50,362 bases of DNA, from positions 1 to 50,362 of the forward strand of contig CAZHKK010000004.1 in NCBI GenBank assembly GCA_964532735.1, read 5' to 3'. The translations under genes were made by a program, and so were the position numbers. Numbering within the stretch: the stretch's first letter is position 1; each line of letters begins with the position of its first letter. The notes beneath the pieces were generated by a model. It worked only from the letters and a program-made list of their open reading frames with translations, searched no databases and was not told the DNA's origin. Below, one piece after another: positions 17,083 to 24,464 of the stretch. This stretch comes from an uncultured Gammaproteobacteria bacterium (lineage in GTDB: Bacteria; Patescibacteriota; Patescibacteriia; JAGPKW01).

Positions 17083-17769
17083 ATGATAGGTATTGTTGGT
17101 GCTATGGAGGAAGAAATTATTTCTTTAAAAAATGAAGTTGAGAATTTTTCTGTTGAAAATATTGCCGGTATAGATTTTTTTATTGGAAATTTGTTTGGTA
17201 AAAAAATTGTTTTAACTAAATGTGGTATAGGCAAAGTAAATGCTGCTTTGTGCACAACTATTCTTATTAATAAATTTAATGTTTCTAAGATTGTTTTTAT
17301 TGGTGTTGCTGGAGCTGTTAATAAAGAATTGAAGGTTGGTAATATTGTAATTTCGCAAGATCTTATCGAGCATGATTTTGATACTACCATTTTTGGTGAA
17401 GAATTTGGCCAAATTCCTAGAATGAAAGAATGGAGATTTAGAGCCGACAAAAATTTAATTGATTTGGCTTCGTGTGTTTGCAATAAAAATAATTTAAATT
17501 TTGTTATTGGAAGAATATTAAGCGGGGATCAATTTATTAATTCTTCTGAGAAGGTAGAGTGGTTTAGAAAACAATTTGCTGGAGATGCTGTAGAAATGGA
17601 AGGAGCAGCATTGGCTCATGTTTGTTGTTTGTTTAATATTCCTTTTGTTGTTATTAGATCAATTTCTGATAATGCAGACAATTCTTCTCATGTTGATTTT
17701 AAAGAATTTTGTTTGTTAGCTGCGGAAAACTCTAAAAAAATTATTTGTGGTTTATTGGAAAAGATTTAA
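17083..17769 (+). CDS. mtnN: 5'-methylthioadenosine/S-adenosylhomocysteine nucleosidase
   Basis: It is colinear with the E. coli Pfs pattern: IGIVGAMEEEI, SGIGKV.AA, GVAGA, VEMEGAALAHVC, PFVVIRSISD.AD. Confidence 0.9.
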   Translation: MIGIVGAMEEEIISLKNEVENFSVENIAGIDFFIGNLFGKKIVLTKCGIGKVNAALCTTILINKFNVSKIVFIGVAGAVNKELKVGNIVISQDLIEHDFDTTIFGEEFGQIPRMKEWRFRADKNLIDLASCVCNKNNLNFVIGRILSGDQFINSSEKVEWFRKQFAGDAVEMEGAALAHVCCLFNIPFVVIRSISDNADNSSHVDFKEFCLLAAENSKKIICGLLEKI

Positions 17770-17777
17770 AATAAAAA

Positions 17778-17803
17778 ACAAGTCTTTTAAGACTTGTTTT
17801 TTG
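17778..17803. terminator. Bidirectional terminator between mtnN and tRNA-Pro
   Basis: Stem ACAAGTC/GACTTGT flanked by an A-run and a T-run. Confidence 0.6.
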
Positions 17804-17805
17804 TT

Positions 17806-17882
17806 TGGTCGGGGAGACAGGACTTGAACCTGCGGCCTCACGGTCCCAAACCGTGCGCTCTAGCCAACTGAGCTACACCCCG
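17806..17882 (-). tRNA. tRNA-Pro (anticodon TGG), encoded CCA
   Basis: The reverse complement folds as CGGGGTG..GCTC-AGTTGGCTA-GAGC, anticodon arm CACGG-TTTGGGA-CCGTG, T arm GCAGG-TTCAAGT-CCTGT, then ACCA. There is one U-U mismatch in the acceptor stem. Confidence 0.88.
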
Positions 17883-17915
17883 TTTTTATATCAAATTTAT
17901 TATGATATAAAAATT

Positions 17916-17944
17916 ATTATAGATTAACTTTATTAAAAAATCAA
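17916..17944 (-). promoter_or_regulatory. Promoter for tRNA-Pro
   Basis: The minus strand reads TTGATT, 17-nt spacer, TATAAT. Confidence 0.5.
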
Positions 17945-17988
17945 TACTATAAATTTAAGTTTATAATAATATTTTTTTTATTTCTTTT

Positions 17989-18738
17989 TTATTCTAAAAA
18001 TAACATTAAATACATTAAGATAATTCCAAAAATCATTATTGATAATTGCAAGAAAATATTTTTTAATTTTGCATTTTCTTTAAGTTCTGGGATTAGATCT
18101 ACTGTTGCCATATATAAAAATCCTCCTGCTGTTATTGGTAATATATATTTTGTAATTTCTTCAAAATTAGATTTTGTTATTATTGCTATTATTGTTCCCA
18201 ATATTGCTGTTAAGCCTGCTAAAAAATTAAACAATAGTGCTTGTTTTTTTGTATATCCAGCATGAAGTAATAATCCAAAATCTCCAATTTCTTGTGGTAT
18301 TTCATGTAATATTACAGCTATAGTTGTTGTTATGCCTAGTGGGATGTTTACTAAAAAACTTATTCCTATTATTATTCCATCTAATAAGTTATGTATTAAA
18401 TCACCAATAATACTCATTGTTCCTATTGGGTGATAATGTTTTGGTTCTAATGTTTTATGACAGTGTCTCCAATGTATTAGTTTTTCTATTATAAAAAATA
18501 AAAAAAATCCTACTAATAGCAAAATACTTATTTTATTATTAAAATTTCCAAATGTTTCAATTGTTTCTGGTAATAAATGGAATAAAACTTCTCCTAAAAA
18601 TGCTCCAGCAGAAAAAGCTACAAAATATTTTAATGTTTTTTGAATGGAGTTTTCTTTTATAAATAAAAAAATAATTCCTATTAATGATATTAAACTAACT
18701 ATAATTACCGATATGAGTGCATATATTATTTTTTCCAT
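17989..18738 (-). CDS. zupT: ZIP-family divalent metal (zinc) transporter
   Basis: It is a multi-TM protein with the ZIP signature HEIPQEIGDFGLLL and HNLLDG, plus a His-rich loop (HWRHCHKTLEPKHYH). Confidence 0.8.
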   Translation of the reverse strand: MEKIIYALISVIIVSLISLIGIIFLFIKENSIQKTLKYFVAFSAGAFLGEVLFHLLPETIETFGNFNNKISILLLVGFFLFFIIEKLIHWRHCHKTLEPKHYHPIGTMSIIGDLIHNLLDGIIIGISFLVNIPLGITTTIAVILHEIPQEIGDFGLLLHAGYTKKQALLFNFLAGLTAILGTIIAIITKSNFEEITKYILPITAGGFLYMATVDLIPELKENAKLKNIFLQLSIMIFGIILMYLMLFLE

Positions 18739-18857
18739 TGTTTTTTATTTTTATTGTTTTTATAATAACGTTTTTATTTTTTTATTGCAATATTTATACT
18801 TTACAAAATCATTTTTTTGTATTAATTATTGTATAAATATATTTTTTGGAGGTTGTT

Positions 18858-19424
18858 ATGAAAGATGGATCAAATATTTTAAATTTTCCTTCACTTGAAG
18901 AATTAGAATTGATGAATAAAAATGAAAAAAATTATAATTTTTTTCAAAAAAAGAAAAAAGTTTTGACATATGAAGAAAAAATAAAAAGAGTTATGGATAT
19001 AAATTTTTCTATTGTTAATGATACTAATATGGTAAAACAAATTAATTTGGGTAACGGAAAAAATAAAGTTCCTGATGTAGAAAAAAAAAGAGGAGGTTTT
19101 AGTAGACAGAGAAATGAGGATGATTTTATTAATGGTTATTTTTTTTATGTTAATGAAGAACTAAAGGAGGTAAGTTCAAATTCAAATTTTGGGAAAATAT
19201 TAAAACAGCTTTATACTTATTTGTCGCAAATTTCTTCTTTAAGAAGATGTTTAAAAAATGGTGTTCCGTCTTCTTCTGGGAGTGTTTTTAAAGATAGTTT
19301 AACTATAGGAGAGTTAAAAAGATCTTTTAGAATGCTCATGGCTTATTATCTTAAAATTAAGGAGAATCTTATTTATGTAGAGAATGATATTAGAAATTAT
19401 TGGGGTATGGCAGCCGGTTTTTAG
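18858..19424 (+). CDS. Hypothetical soluble protein (188 aa) with no recognisable domain
   Basis: A GGAGG Shine-Dalgarno lies 6 nt upstream of ATG 18858, and the track start at 18846 is the TTG inside that SD. A strong terminator follows directly. Confidence 0.5.
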   Translation: MKDGSNILNFPSLEELELMNKNEKNYNFFQKKKKVLTYEEKIKRVMDINFSIVNDTNMVKQINLGNGKNKVPDVEKKRGGFSRQRNEDDFINGYFFYVNEELKEVSSNSNFGKILKQLYTYLSQISSLRRCLKNGVPSSSGSVFKDSLTIGELKRSFRMLMAYYLKIKENLIYVENDIRNYWGMAAGF

Positions 19425-19456
19425 ATAAGATCGTATAAAACGATCTTATTTTATTT
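19425..19456 (+). terminator. Rho-independent terminator
   Basis: 10-bp stem ATAAGATCGT/ACGATCTTAT with loop ATAAA and tail TTTTATTT. Confidence 0.7.
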
Positions 19457-19514
19457 GTAAATAATTTATTTAATTAGTAAAATTAGAGGTATCATTAATA
19501 TTTTAATTATTTTT

Positions 19515-20567
19515 ATGGAAGAAATAAAAAAAGAAAAAAAGAAGCAGCCTTATGTTTCTTATATTAAAGGTTTTTCTATAGTTGCTGTTATATTGATTCA
19601 TTTGATAGATTGGGGATCTTTGTCTGGTATTAAATTTTTTTCTTTAGCCAAAGAATTATTATTCCCTGGAGTTATGTTTTTTGTTGCTATGATAGGATCT
19701 TTGGTTTATTTTGCTTATAAAGATTCTGATATAAAAAAATCATCTTTTAAGCTTATAAAAAGAGGCTTACAAGTTATTGGTGTTTATTATTTATATAATA
19801 TTATAAAACTTTTTATTTTTGATTTTAGTAAACAACCTTATTTTTTTGCTTTTAATGGGAGTGATAAAATTAAAGATTTTTTAAATATATTATTTTTAAA
19901 ATCTGCTAATGTTCCTTTATCTATTTTGTTTACGCTGGGTGTTTTTTTAATTATTTCTCCACTTTTTTTATTAATTATAAAAAAAATAAAATATTCAAAA
20001 ATATTATTGTTTTTAATATTAATATTTATAATTGTTGTAAATTATTTTTTTGTTCTACCAAATAATTTTATAACAAATATTCTATATTCTAATGGTTATG
20101 TTTTTTTCCCAATAATGCTTTGGATCATTCCTTATTTGTCTGGAATATTGTTGGCTATGATAGGATTTGAACAAAAAAAGAGAATAGTTTTTCCGTTTTT
20201 TGTTTTTTTAACTTTATTTTTAGGATGTTTTTATTATTTTTCTAAATCAGCTTCAATTTTGCCTTCTTATCACATGTATCCTTTGACTTTATATTATGTT
20301 GTTTTTTCTATATTTTTTATGTATTTATTGTTTTATTTTTTTGGTTTTTTAGAAAAAATTCAGAAAAATTGGTCTGATAAATTCTTGAATGTAATTAAGT
20401 TTCTTGGTGAAAATACTTTATCTATATTTATTTTGCATTGGGTAGTTATTGATTTTACTTATTGGTTATTTGCTCCAAAAGAGTGGGTTATATTAATAAC
20501 GGTTCCTATTTTTGTATTTTTGTTTGTGTTTATTAAATATAAAAGATTAATAAAAAATAATAGCTAA
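19515..20567 (+). CDS. Polytopic membrane protein, acyltransferase-3 (OatA-like) family (tentative)
   Basis: It has about 10 predicted TM helices. The N-terminal pattern YVSYIKGFSIVAVILIHL resembles the acyltransferase_3 'R/K-G-hydrophobic-H' motif. Confidence 0.5.
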   Translation: MEEIKKEKKKQPYVSYIKGFSIVAVILIHLIDWGSLSGIKFFSLAKELLFPGVMFFVAMIGSLVYFAYKDSDIKKSSFKLIKRGLQVIGVYYLYNIIKLFIFDFSKQPYFFAFNGSDKIKDFLNILFLKSANVPLSILFTLGVFLIISPLFLLIIKKIKYSKILLFLILIFIIVVNYFFVLPNNFITNILYSNGYVFFPIMLWIIPYLSGILLAMIGFEQKKRIVFPFFVFLTLFLGCFYYFSKSASILPSYHMYPLTLYYVVFSIFFMYLLFYFFGFLEKIQKNWSDKFLNVIKFLGENTLSIFILHWVVIDFTYWLFAPKEWVILITVPIFVFLFVFIKYKRLIKNNS

Positions 20568-20637
20568 TTATAGCTATTATTTATTTTGCTACCATTCTGG
20601 TACACAAATTTTTAAACTTGCTTCTCTTGTTAAAATT

Positions 20638-20712
20638 TGGAGCGGATTACCGGGATCGAACCGGCGGCCTCTTCCTTGGCAAGGAAGCGTTATACCACTT
20701 AACTAAATCCGC
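20638..20712 (-). tRNA. tRNA-Gly (anticodon GCC), encoded CCA
   Basis: Reverse complement: acceptor GCGGATT/AATCCGC, anticodon arm CTTCC-TTGCCAA-GGAAG, T arm GCCGG-TTCGATC-CCGGT. Confidence 0.9.
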
Positions 20713-20758
20713 ATGTATATATTTTATATTTTTTTTAAAAAAAATCAATATATATTAA

Positions 20759-20835
20759 TGGTGGCGAAGAGCAGGATCGAACTGCCGACCTTAGGGTTAT
20801 GAATCCTACGCTCTAACCAACTGAGCTACCTCGCC
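20759..20835 (-). tRNA. tRNA with CAT anticodon (elongator Met or lysidine-modified Ile2; not initiator type), encoded CCA
   Basis: Reverse complement: acceptor GGCGAGG/CTTCGCC with G1-C72 paired, anticodon loop TTCATAA, T arm GGCAG-TTCGATC-CTGCT. There is no GGG/CCC run in the anticodon stem. Confidence 0.85.
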
Positions 20836-20845
20836 ATGTGAGAAA

Positions 20846-20874
20846 AGTATAACATATGAATTTGAAATAATCAA
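20846..20874 (-). promoter_or_regulatory. Promoter for the tRNA(CAT)-tRNA-Gly pair
   Basis: The minus strand reads TTGATT, 17-nt spacer, TATACT with an extended -10 TGT. Confidence 0.5.
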
Positions 20875-20961
20875 CTTTATAAATATTATAATTATTTAAA
20901 TTTCATCCTTTTTTCATTTTCATTTTTTATAATTATTAAATTAATATTTAATTTATAAAAA

Positions 20962-21642
20962 ATGAAAATTTTATTCGTGGATGATGATTTATCTACTTCT
21001 ATTCAATTAAAAAAATATTTAGAAAAAAATGGATTCGTAGTTGATGTTTCAAATGATGGTTCTGCAGGATTATCTTTAGCACTTACAAATACCTATGATT
21101 TAATATTGTTAGATATAAACTTACCTAGTATGGACGGAGTTTCTATTTGTGATAATTTAAGAAAATCAAAAATTTATACTCCTATTATTTTTCTTACAAT
21201 AAAAAATGAATTAAGTAATAAGATAAGATCTTTTAATATTGGTTGTGATGATTATATTGTTAAGCCTTTTTCTATGAGGGAATTAATTTTAAGAATTAAT
21301 GCTGTTTCTAGAAGGTCTAAAACTTTTGTAGAGAACATTTTAGAATGTGAAGATTTAAAAATGAATTTGTTAAATAAAGAAGTTTATAGAGGTGATAGAC
21401 TTATTATGTTAAGTAAAAAAGAATTTTTATTGTTAAAATATTTTATGCTTAATATAGGTTTAGTTTTGTCTCGTGATGATATTTTTGATAATGTTTGGGA
21501 TATGAATGCAAATCCATCTTCTAATATTGTTGAAGTTTATATAAATAAATTAAGAAAAAAAATAGATGCTGATAATGTTGTTCCTTTGGTAAATAATTTA
21601 TTAGGAATGGGTTATTATATTGGCAAAAAAAGATATTGTTGA
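20962..21642 (+). CDS. OmpR/PhoB-family response regulator (no kinase gene in the window)
   Basis: The receiver domain is present (MKILFVDDD, LILLDINLPSMDG, IVKPF), with a winged-helix output domain (LSKKEFLLLKYFM.N.G.VLSRD.I...VW). Confidence 0.85.
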   Translation: MKILFVDDDLSTSIQLKKYLEKNGFVVDVSNDGSAGLSLALTNTYDLILLDINLPSMDGVSICDNLRKSKIYTPIIFLTIKNELSNKIRSFNIGCDDYIVKPFSMRELILRINAVSRRSKTFVENILECEDLKMNLLNKEVYRGDRLIMLSKKEFLLLKYFMLNIGLVLSRDDIFDNVWDMNANPSSNIVEVYINKLRKKIDADNVVPLVNNLLGMGYYIGKKRYC

Positions 21643-21695
21643 CTTTAATTTTAACTAATACTAAAATAGTAATAGTTAAAATTATAAATTTTTTT

Positions 21696-22106
21696 ATGTT
21701 TTCTATATCAAAAGAAACAGATTATGCTTTGAGTGCTTTATTTTATCTTGTTGATAAACATTATTATGTTTCTGTTTTTGAGATATCTGAAAAATTAAAA
21801 ATCCCAAAAACTTATTTAGCTAGAATTTTTTCTAAATTAGCTTCTAATAATATACTAAAAAGTAAAGAAGGAAATTCTGGTGGTTACTCATTAAACATAA
21901 AACTTGAAGATATTGTTTTGTATAATTTTTTAATTTTATTTGAAAAAGATTTGGGAATTGTAAGATGTCAAAAAAATGGAAAAATTTGTAATTGTTTAAA
22001 TTTTTGTCACCATAAAAATTTTTTTCAAGGTTATTTGTTTAAGATTTTAGAAAAAGAATTAAAAAGTAAAAAATTAAGTGAAGTTTATAATTTAAAAAAG
22101 AAATAA
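21696..22106 (+). CDS. Rrf2-family transcriptional regulator (IscR-like)
   Basis: The N-terminal wHTH is present (SKETDYALSALFYL, ISEKLKIPKTYLARIFSKL, GNSGGYSL), with a Cys cluster (CQKNGKICNCLNFCHH). ATG 21696 is preferred over the upstream TTG-extended track start. Confidence 0.75.
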   Translation: MFSISKETDYALSALFYLVDKHYYVSVFEISEKLKIPKTYLARIFSKLASNNILKSKEGNSGGYSLNIKLEDIVLYNFLILFEKDLGIVRCQKNGKICNCLNFCHHKNFFQGYLFKILEKELKSKKLSEVYNLKKK

Positions 22107-22120
22107 TTAATAATTGTTTT

Positions 22121-23281
22121 ATGGAAGTATATTTGGATAATTCAGCTACAACAAAAATTGATAAAAAAGTCTTTGAAAAAATGATAAATTTTTTTGATAC
22201 AAATTATGCTAATGCTTCTTCTATACATTTTTTGGGAGAAAAATCTTATCTTGCTCAAGAAGAGTCAAGATTAGATATTTCAAAAATATTAAATTGTAAT
22301 CCAAAGAATATTGTTTTTACGGGGTCTGCTACAGAGGCTAATAATATGATTATAAAGGGTGTCATGAAAGCAAATACAAAAAAAGGAAAACATCTTTTAG
22401 TTTCTTCTATTGAACATCCTTGTGTTTTAAATTCTGCTAAACAATTAATAAAAGATGGTTTTGAAGTTGAATATATTCCAGTTGATAATGATGGAATAAT
22501 TGACCTAAATGTTTTAGAAAAAATGATTAGAGAAGATACAGTTTTGGTTTCTGTAATGGCTGTTAATAATGAAATTGGTGTTATTCAGGATATAAAGAAT
22601 ATAACAAAATTAGTTCATAAAAAAAATGCTTTTTTTCATGTTGATGCCGTGCAAGCAGTTCCTTATTTAGATTTAAATATAAAAGATTTAAATGTTGATT
22701 TTTTAACATTATCTGCTCATAAATTTTATGGTCCAAAAGGTATAGGCTTGGCTTATATAAATAAAAATATTAAATTAGAACCTTTAATAGTTGGCGGTGG
22801 ACAAGAATTTGGTTTTAGATCTTCAACTTATAACACTCCTGCTATTATTGGAATGGCAGAAGCTTTAAAAATTGCTTATGGTATAGAAAGAGAAGAAGTT
22901 GTTGCAAGAATAAAAAATCAAAGAGATTATTTTTTACAAAAAGTAAAAGAGAATATTCCAGATATTTTTATAAACGGTTCTATAAAAAGTAGAGCTCCAA
23001 ATAATATTAATATTGGATTTAAAGGTGTAGAAGGTGAGGCTATATTAATTGATCTTTCTTCTAAGGGTATTTGTGTTTCTACAGGATCTGCTTGTGGTGC
23101 ATCAGATTTAAAAGCTTCTTATGTTTTAAATAGTATTGGTGTTGATGGATATTTTATTCATAGCAATATAAGGTTTAGTTTTGGTAAGTATAATACAATG
23201 GAAGAAATTGATTATACAATAAATTGTTTAAAGAATACTATTTTTAGATTAAGAAAGTTTAGTTCAATAAAAACAATTTAA
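22121..23281 (+). CDS. iscS: Cysteine desulfurase (NifS/IscS class)
   Basis: It has the PLP-lysine motif SAHKFYGPKGIG, the active-site loop STGSACGA and the class-V aminotransferase N-terminus (YLDNSATT). Confidence 0.9.
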   Translation: MEVYLDNSATTKIDKKVFEKMINFFDTNYANASSIHFLGEKSYLAQEESRLDISKILNCNPKNIVFTGSATEANNMIIKGVMKANTKKGKHLLVSSIEHPCVLNSAKQLIKDGFEVEYIPVDNDGIIDLNVLEKMIREDTVLVSVMAVNNEIGVIQDIKNITKLVHKKNAFFHVDAVQAVPYLDLNIKDLNVDFLTLSAHKFYGPKGIGLAYINKNIKLEPLIVGGGQEFGFRSSTYNTPAIIGMAEALKIAYGIEREEVVARIKNQRDYFLQKVKENIPDIFINGSIKSRAPNNINIGFKGVEGEAILIDLSSKGICVSTGSACGASDLKASYVLNSIGVDGYFIHSNIRFSFGKYNTMEEIDYTINCLKNTIFRLRKFSSIKTI

Positions 23282-23301
23282 TTAATATTTAATTTAATTT
23301 T

Positions 23302-23700
23302 ATGGCTTTAAATTATTCTAAAGAGGTGATGGATCATTTTTTAAATCCTAGAAATATTGGAGTTATAGAAGATCCAGATGCTTATATTGAAGTTGGTAAT
23401 CCAACCTGTGGTGATATGTTATCAATGTATTTAAAAGTGAAAGAAGTTAATAAAAAGAAAATTGTAGAAGATTTAAAGTTTTTATCTTTTGGTTGTGCTT
23501 CTAATATATCAACCGCTTCTATGATGACTACTCAAGTTATTGGGAAAACAATAGAAGATGCTAAAAATTTTTCTTTTAAAGAAATAATGGATGAATTAGG
23601 TGGTCTTCCTTCTCAAAAAATTCATTGTTCTGTTTTAGCGGTAGAAGCTTTACATGGTGTTATAAAAAAATATGAAGAAAAGTTAATAAACGATAAATAA
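23302..23700 (+). CDS. iscU: U-type Fe-S cluster scaffold (IscU/NifU N-terminal type)
   Basis: The three ligand cysteines are in context (GNPTCGD, SFGCASNI, IHCSVLA), and the gene is adjacent to the desulfurase. Confidence 0.9.
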   Translation: MALNYSKEVMDHFLNPRNIGVIEDPDAYIEVGNPTCGDMLSMYLKVKEVNKKKIVEDLKFLSFGCASNISTASMMTTQVIGKTIEDAKNFSFKEIMDELGGLPSQKIHCSVLAVEALHGVIKKYEEKLINDK

Positions 23701-23731
23701 TTGTTTATAAATTGTTTATAAATTGTTTATT
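23699..23731. repeat. Three tandem 11-bp direct repeats AATTGTTTATA (last base of copy 3 differs)
   Basis: Copies at 23699-23709, 23710-23720 and 23721-23731. Copy 1 overlaps the iscU stop codon, and copy 3 supplies a TTGTTT -35-like hexamer. Confidence 0.85.
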
Positions 23732-23757
23732 TACGACATTTGTTCTATATGTTATTA

Positions 23758-23972
23758 TTGAGGGGAGGCTTATTATTTAATAACTTCTTTCTATGACTTT
23801 ACTTTGTTAAATGCTTCTTTTAAAAAAATTTCGTTTTTTTTAAATAGTGTTTTACGAGACTTTCCAAAAGTAAAATAAATTTATCTGATTTGGGTATTCT
23901 GAGTCAAATTAAATTTATTTGATTTCTCGATTTAATTTTTGGAAGGAAAGTTATTATTAATAAGTCTCTATT
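23758..23972 (+). ncRNA. Candidate structured RNA (about 210 nt) closed by a 25-bp helix; class unknown
   Basis: 23765-23791 pairs with 23942-23968 (25 bp with two bulges). Both non-Watson-Crick pairs are G-U on the + strand and would be C-A on the - strand. An inner 9-bp helix pairs 23798-23806 with 23865-23874. Possible promoters are TTGTTT-N17-TATATG (23723-23751) or TTTACG-N17-TATTAT (23730-23758), and a terminator follows at 23973-24000. Confidence 0.3.
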
Positions 23973-24000
23973 AAAAAAACTAGCTATAAGCTAGTTTTTT
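23973..24000. terminator. Bidirectional terminator (for iscU or the candidate RNA on +, and rpmB on -)
   Basis: A7-CTAGC-TATAA-GCTAG-T6, a perfectly symmetric A-run/stem/T-run. Confidence 0.7.
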
Positions 24001-24049
24001 ATCTTTTTGTTAATTTGAATTTTATTAAAAAAATAATAGGAGTATCCTA

Positions 24050-24316
24050 TTATTTTTTAGTGGCTGCCTTTTTTGTTGAACCGTATGATTTTTTAGAATC
24101 TATATTAACAACAGCTTTTTTTGGTGTTTGTTTTGCTAAAAATTCTTTTTCTAATTTAGCAACTGTTTTTAAACATTTTGAACAAAGTAATATTGTTCCA
24201 CCATCAATTTTTTTAGTTTGAACATTTATTTTTTGATGTGTTTTGTGTTTTACTTGAGAATGACTCTTTTTTTGCATTACTTGAGTTCCTCTAGCACAGA
24301 TATCGCATGATCTCAT
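24050..24316 (-). CDS. rpmB: Ribosomal protein bL28 (zinc-ribbon form) with a Lys-rich C-terminal extension
   Basis: The N-terminus MRSCDICARGTQVMQKKSHSQVKHKTHQKINVQ follows the bL28 pattern C-x-I/V-C-G...SHS..KT....N-V/L-Q. A second CxxC is present (CSKC), and the tail is KKSYGSTKKAATKK. Confidence 0.65.
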   Translation of the reverse strand: MRSCDICARGTQVMQKKSHSQVKHKTHQKINVQTKKIDGGTILLCSKCLKTVAKLEKEFLAKQTPKKAVVNIDSKKSYGSTKKAATKK

Positions 24317-24464
24317 AAAATTATACTTACTTGTTATTTATATTTATGTTAAAATATAATAACATTATAATTGTATTTTGTAAATACCTGTTATTAAAGA
24401 CAAAAATTAAAATTATAAATAATTTAATTTTGATTTTGTTTACTTAATTTTTATTATTTTATTT

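Noticed and set aside
17013-17483. 156-aa ORF on the minus strand
   Set aside because: It is entirely antisense to the well-supported mtnN gene and runs through the divergent promoter region. Its composition is low-complexity Ile/Ser/Lys-rich, typical of shadow ORFs in AT-rich DNA.
23856-23866. GGAAAGTC on the minus strand, reminiscent of the RNase P RNA P4 motif GAGGAAAGUCC
   Set aside because: Only 8 nt match. The motif is in the wrong position relative to the closing helix, the element is too short for RNase P RNA, and the wobble pairs favour the plus strand.
23941-23950. GGAAGGAAAG, resembling the SRP RNA domain IV sequence GGAAGGAAGC
   Set aside because: There is no matching 5' strand (AGGUCAGGUCC-like). 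The segment is better explained as one arm of the 25-bp closing helix.
23765-23968. MITE or transposon interpretation of the 27-nt inverted arms
   Set aside because: This is not fully excluded. However, no second copy of either arm is visible in 50 kb, no clear target-site duplication is present, and both mismatches are G-U-compatible on one strand only. It is kept as an alternative in the finding.
24015-24221. 68-aa plus-strand ORF
   Set aside because: It is antisense to the ORF that carries the bL28 signature and starts inside the terminator region. It has no motif.
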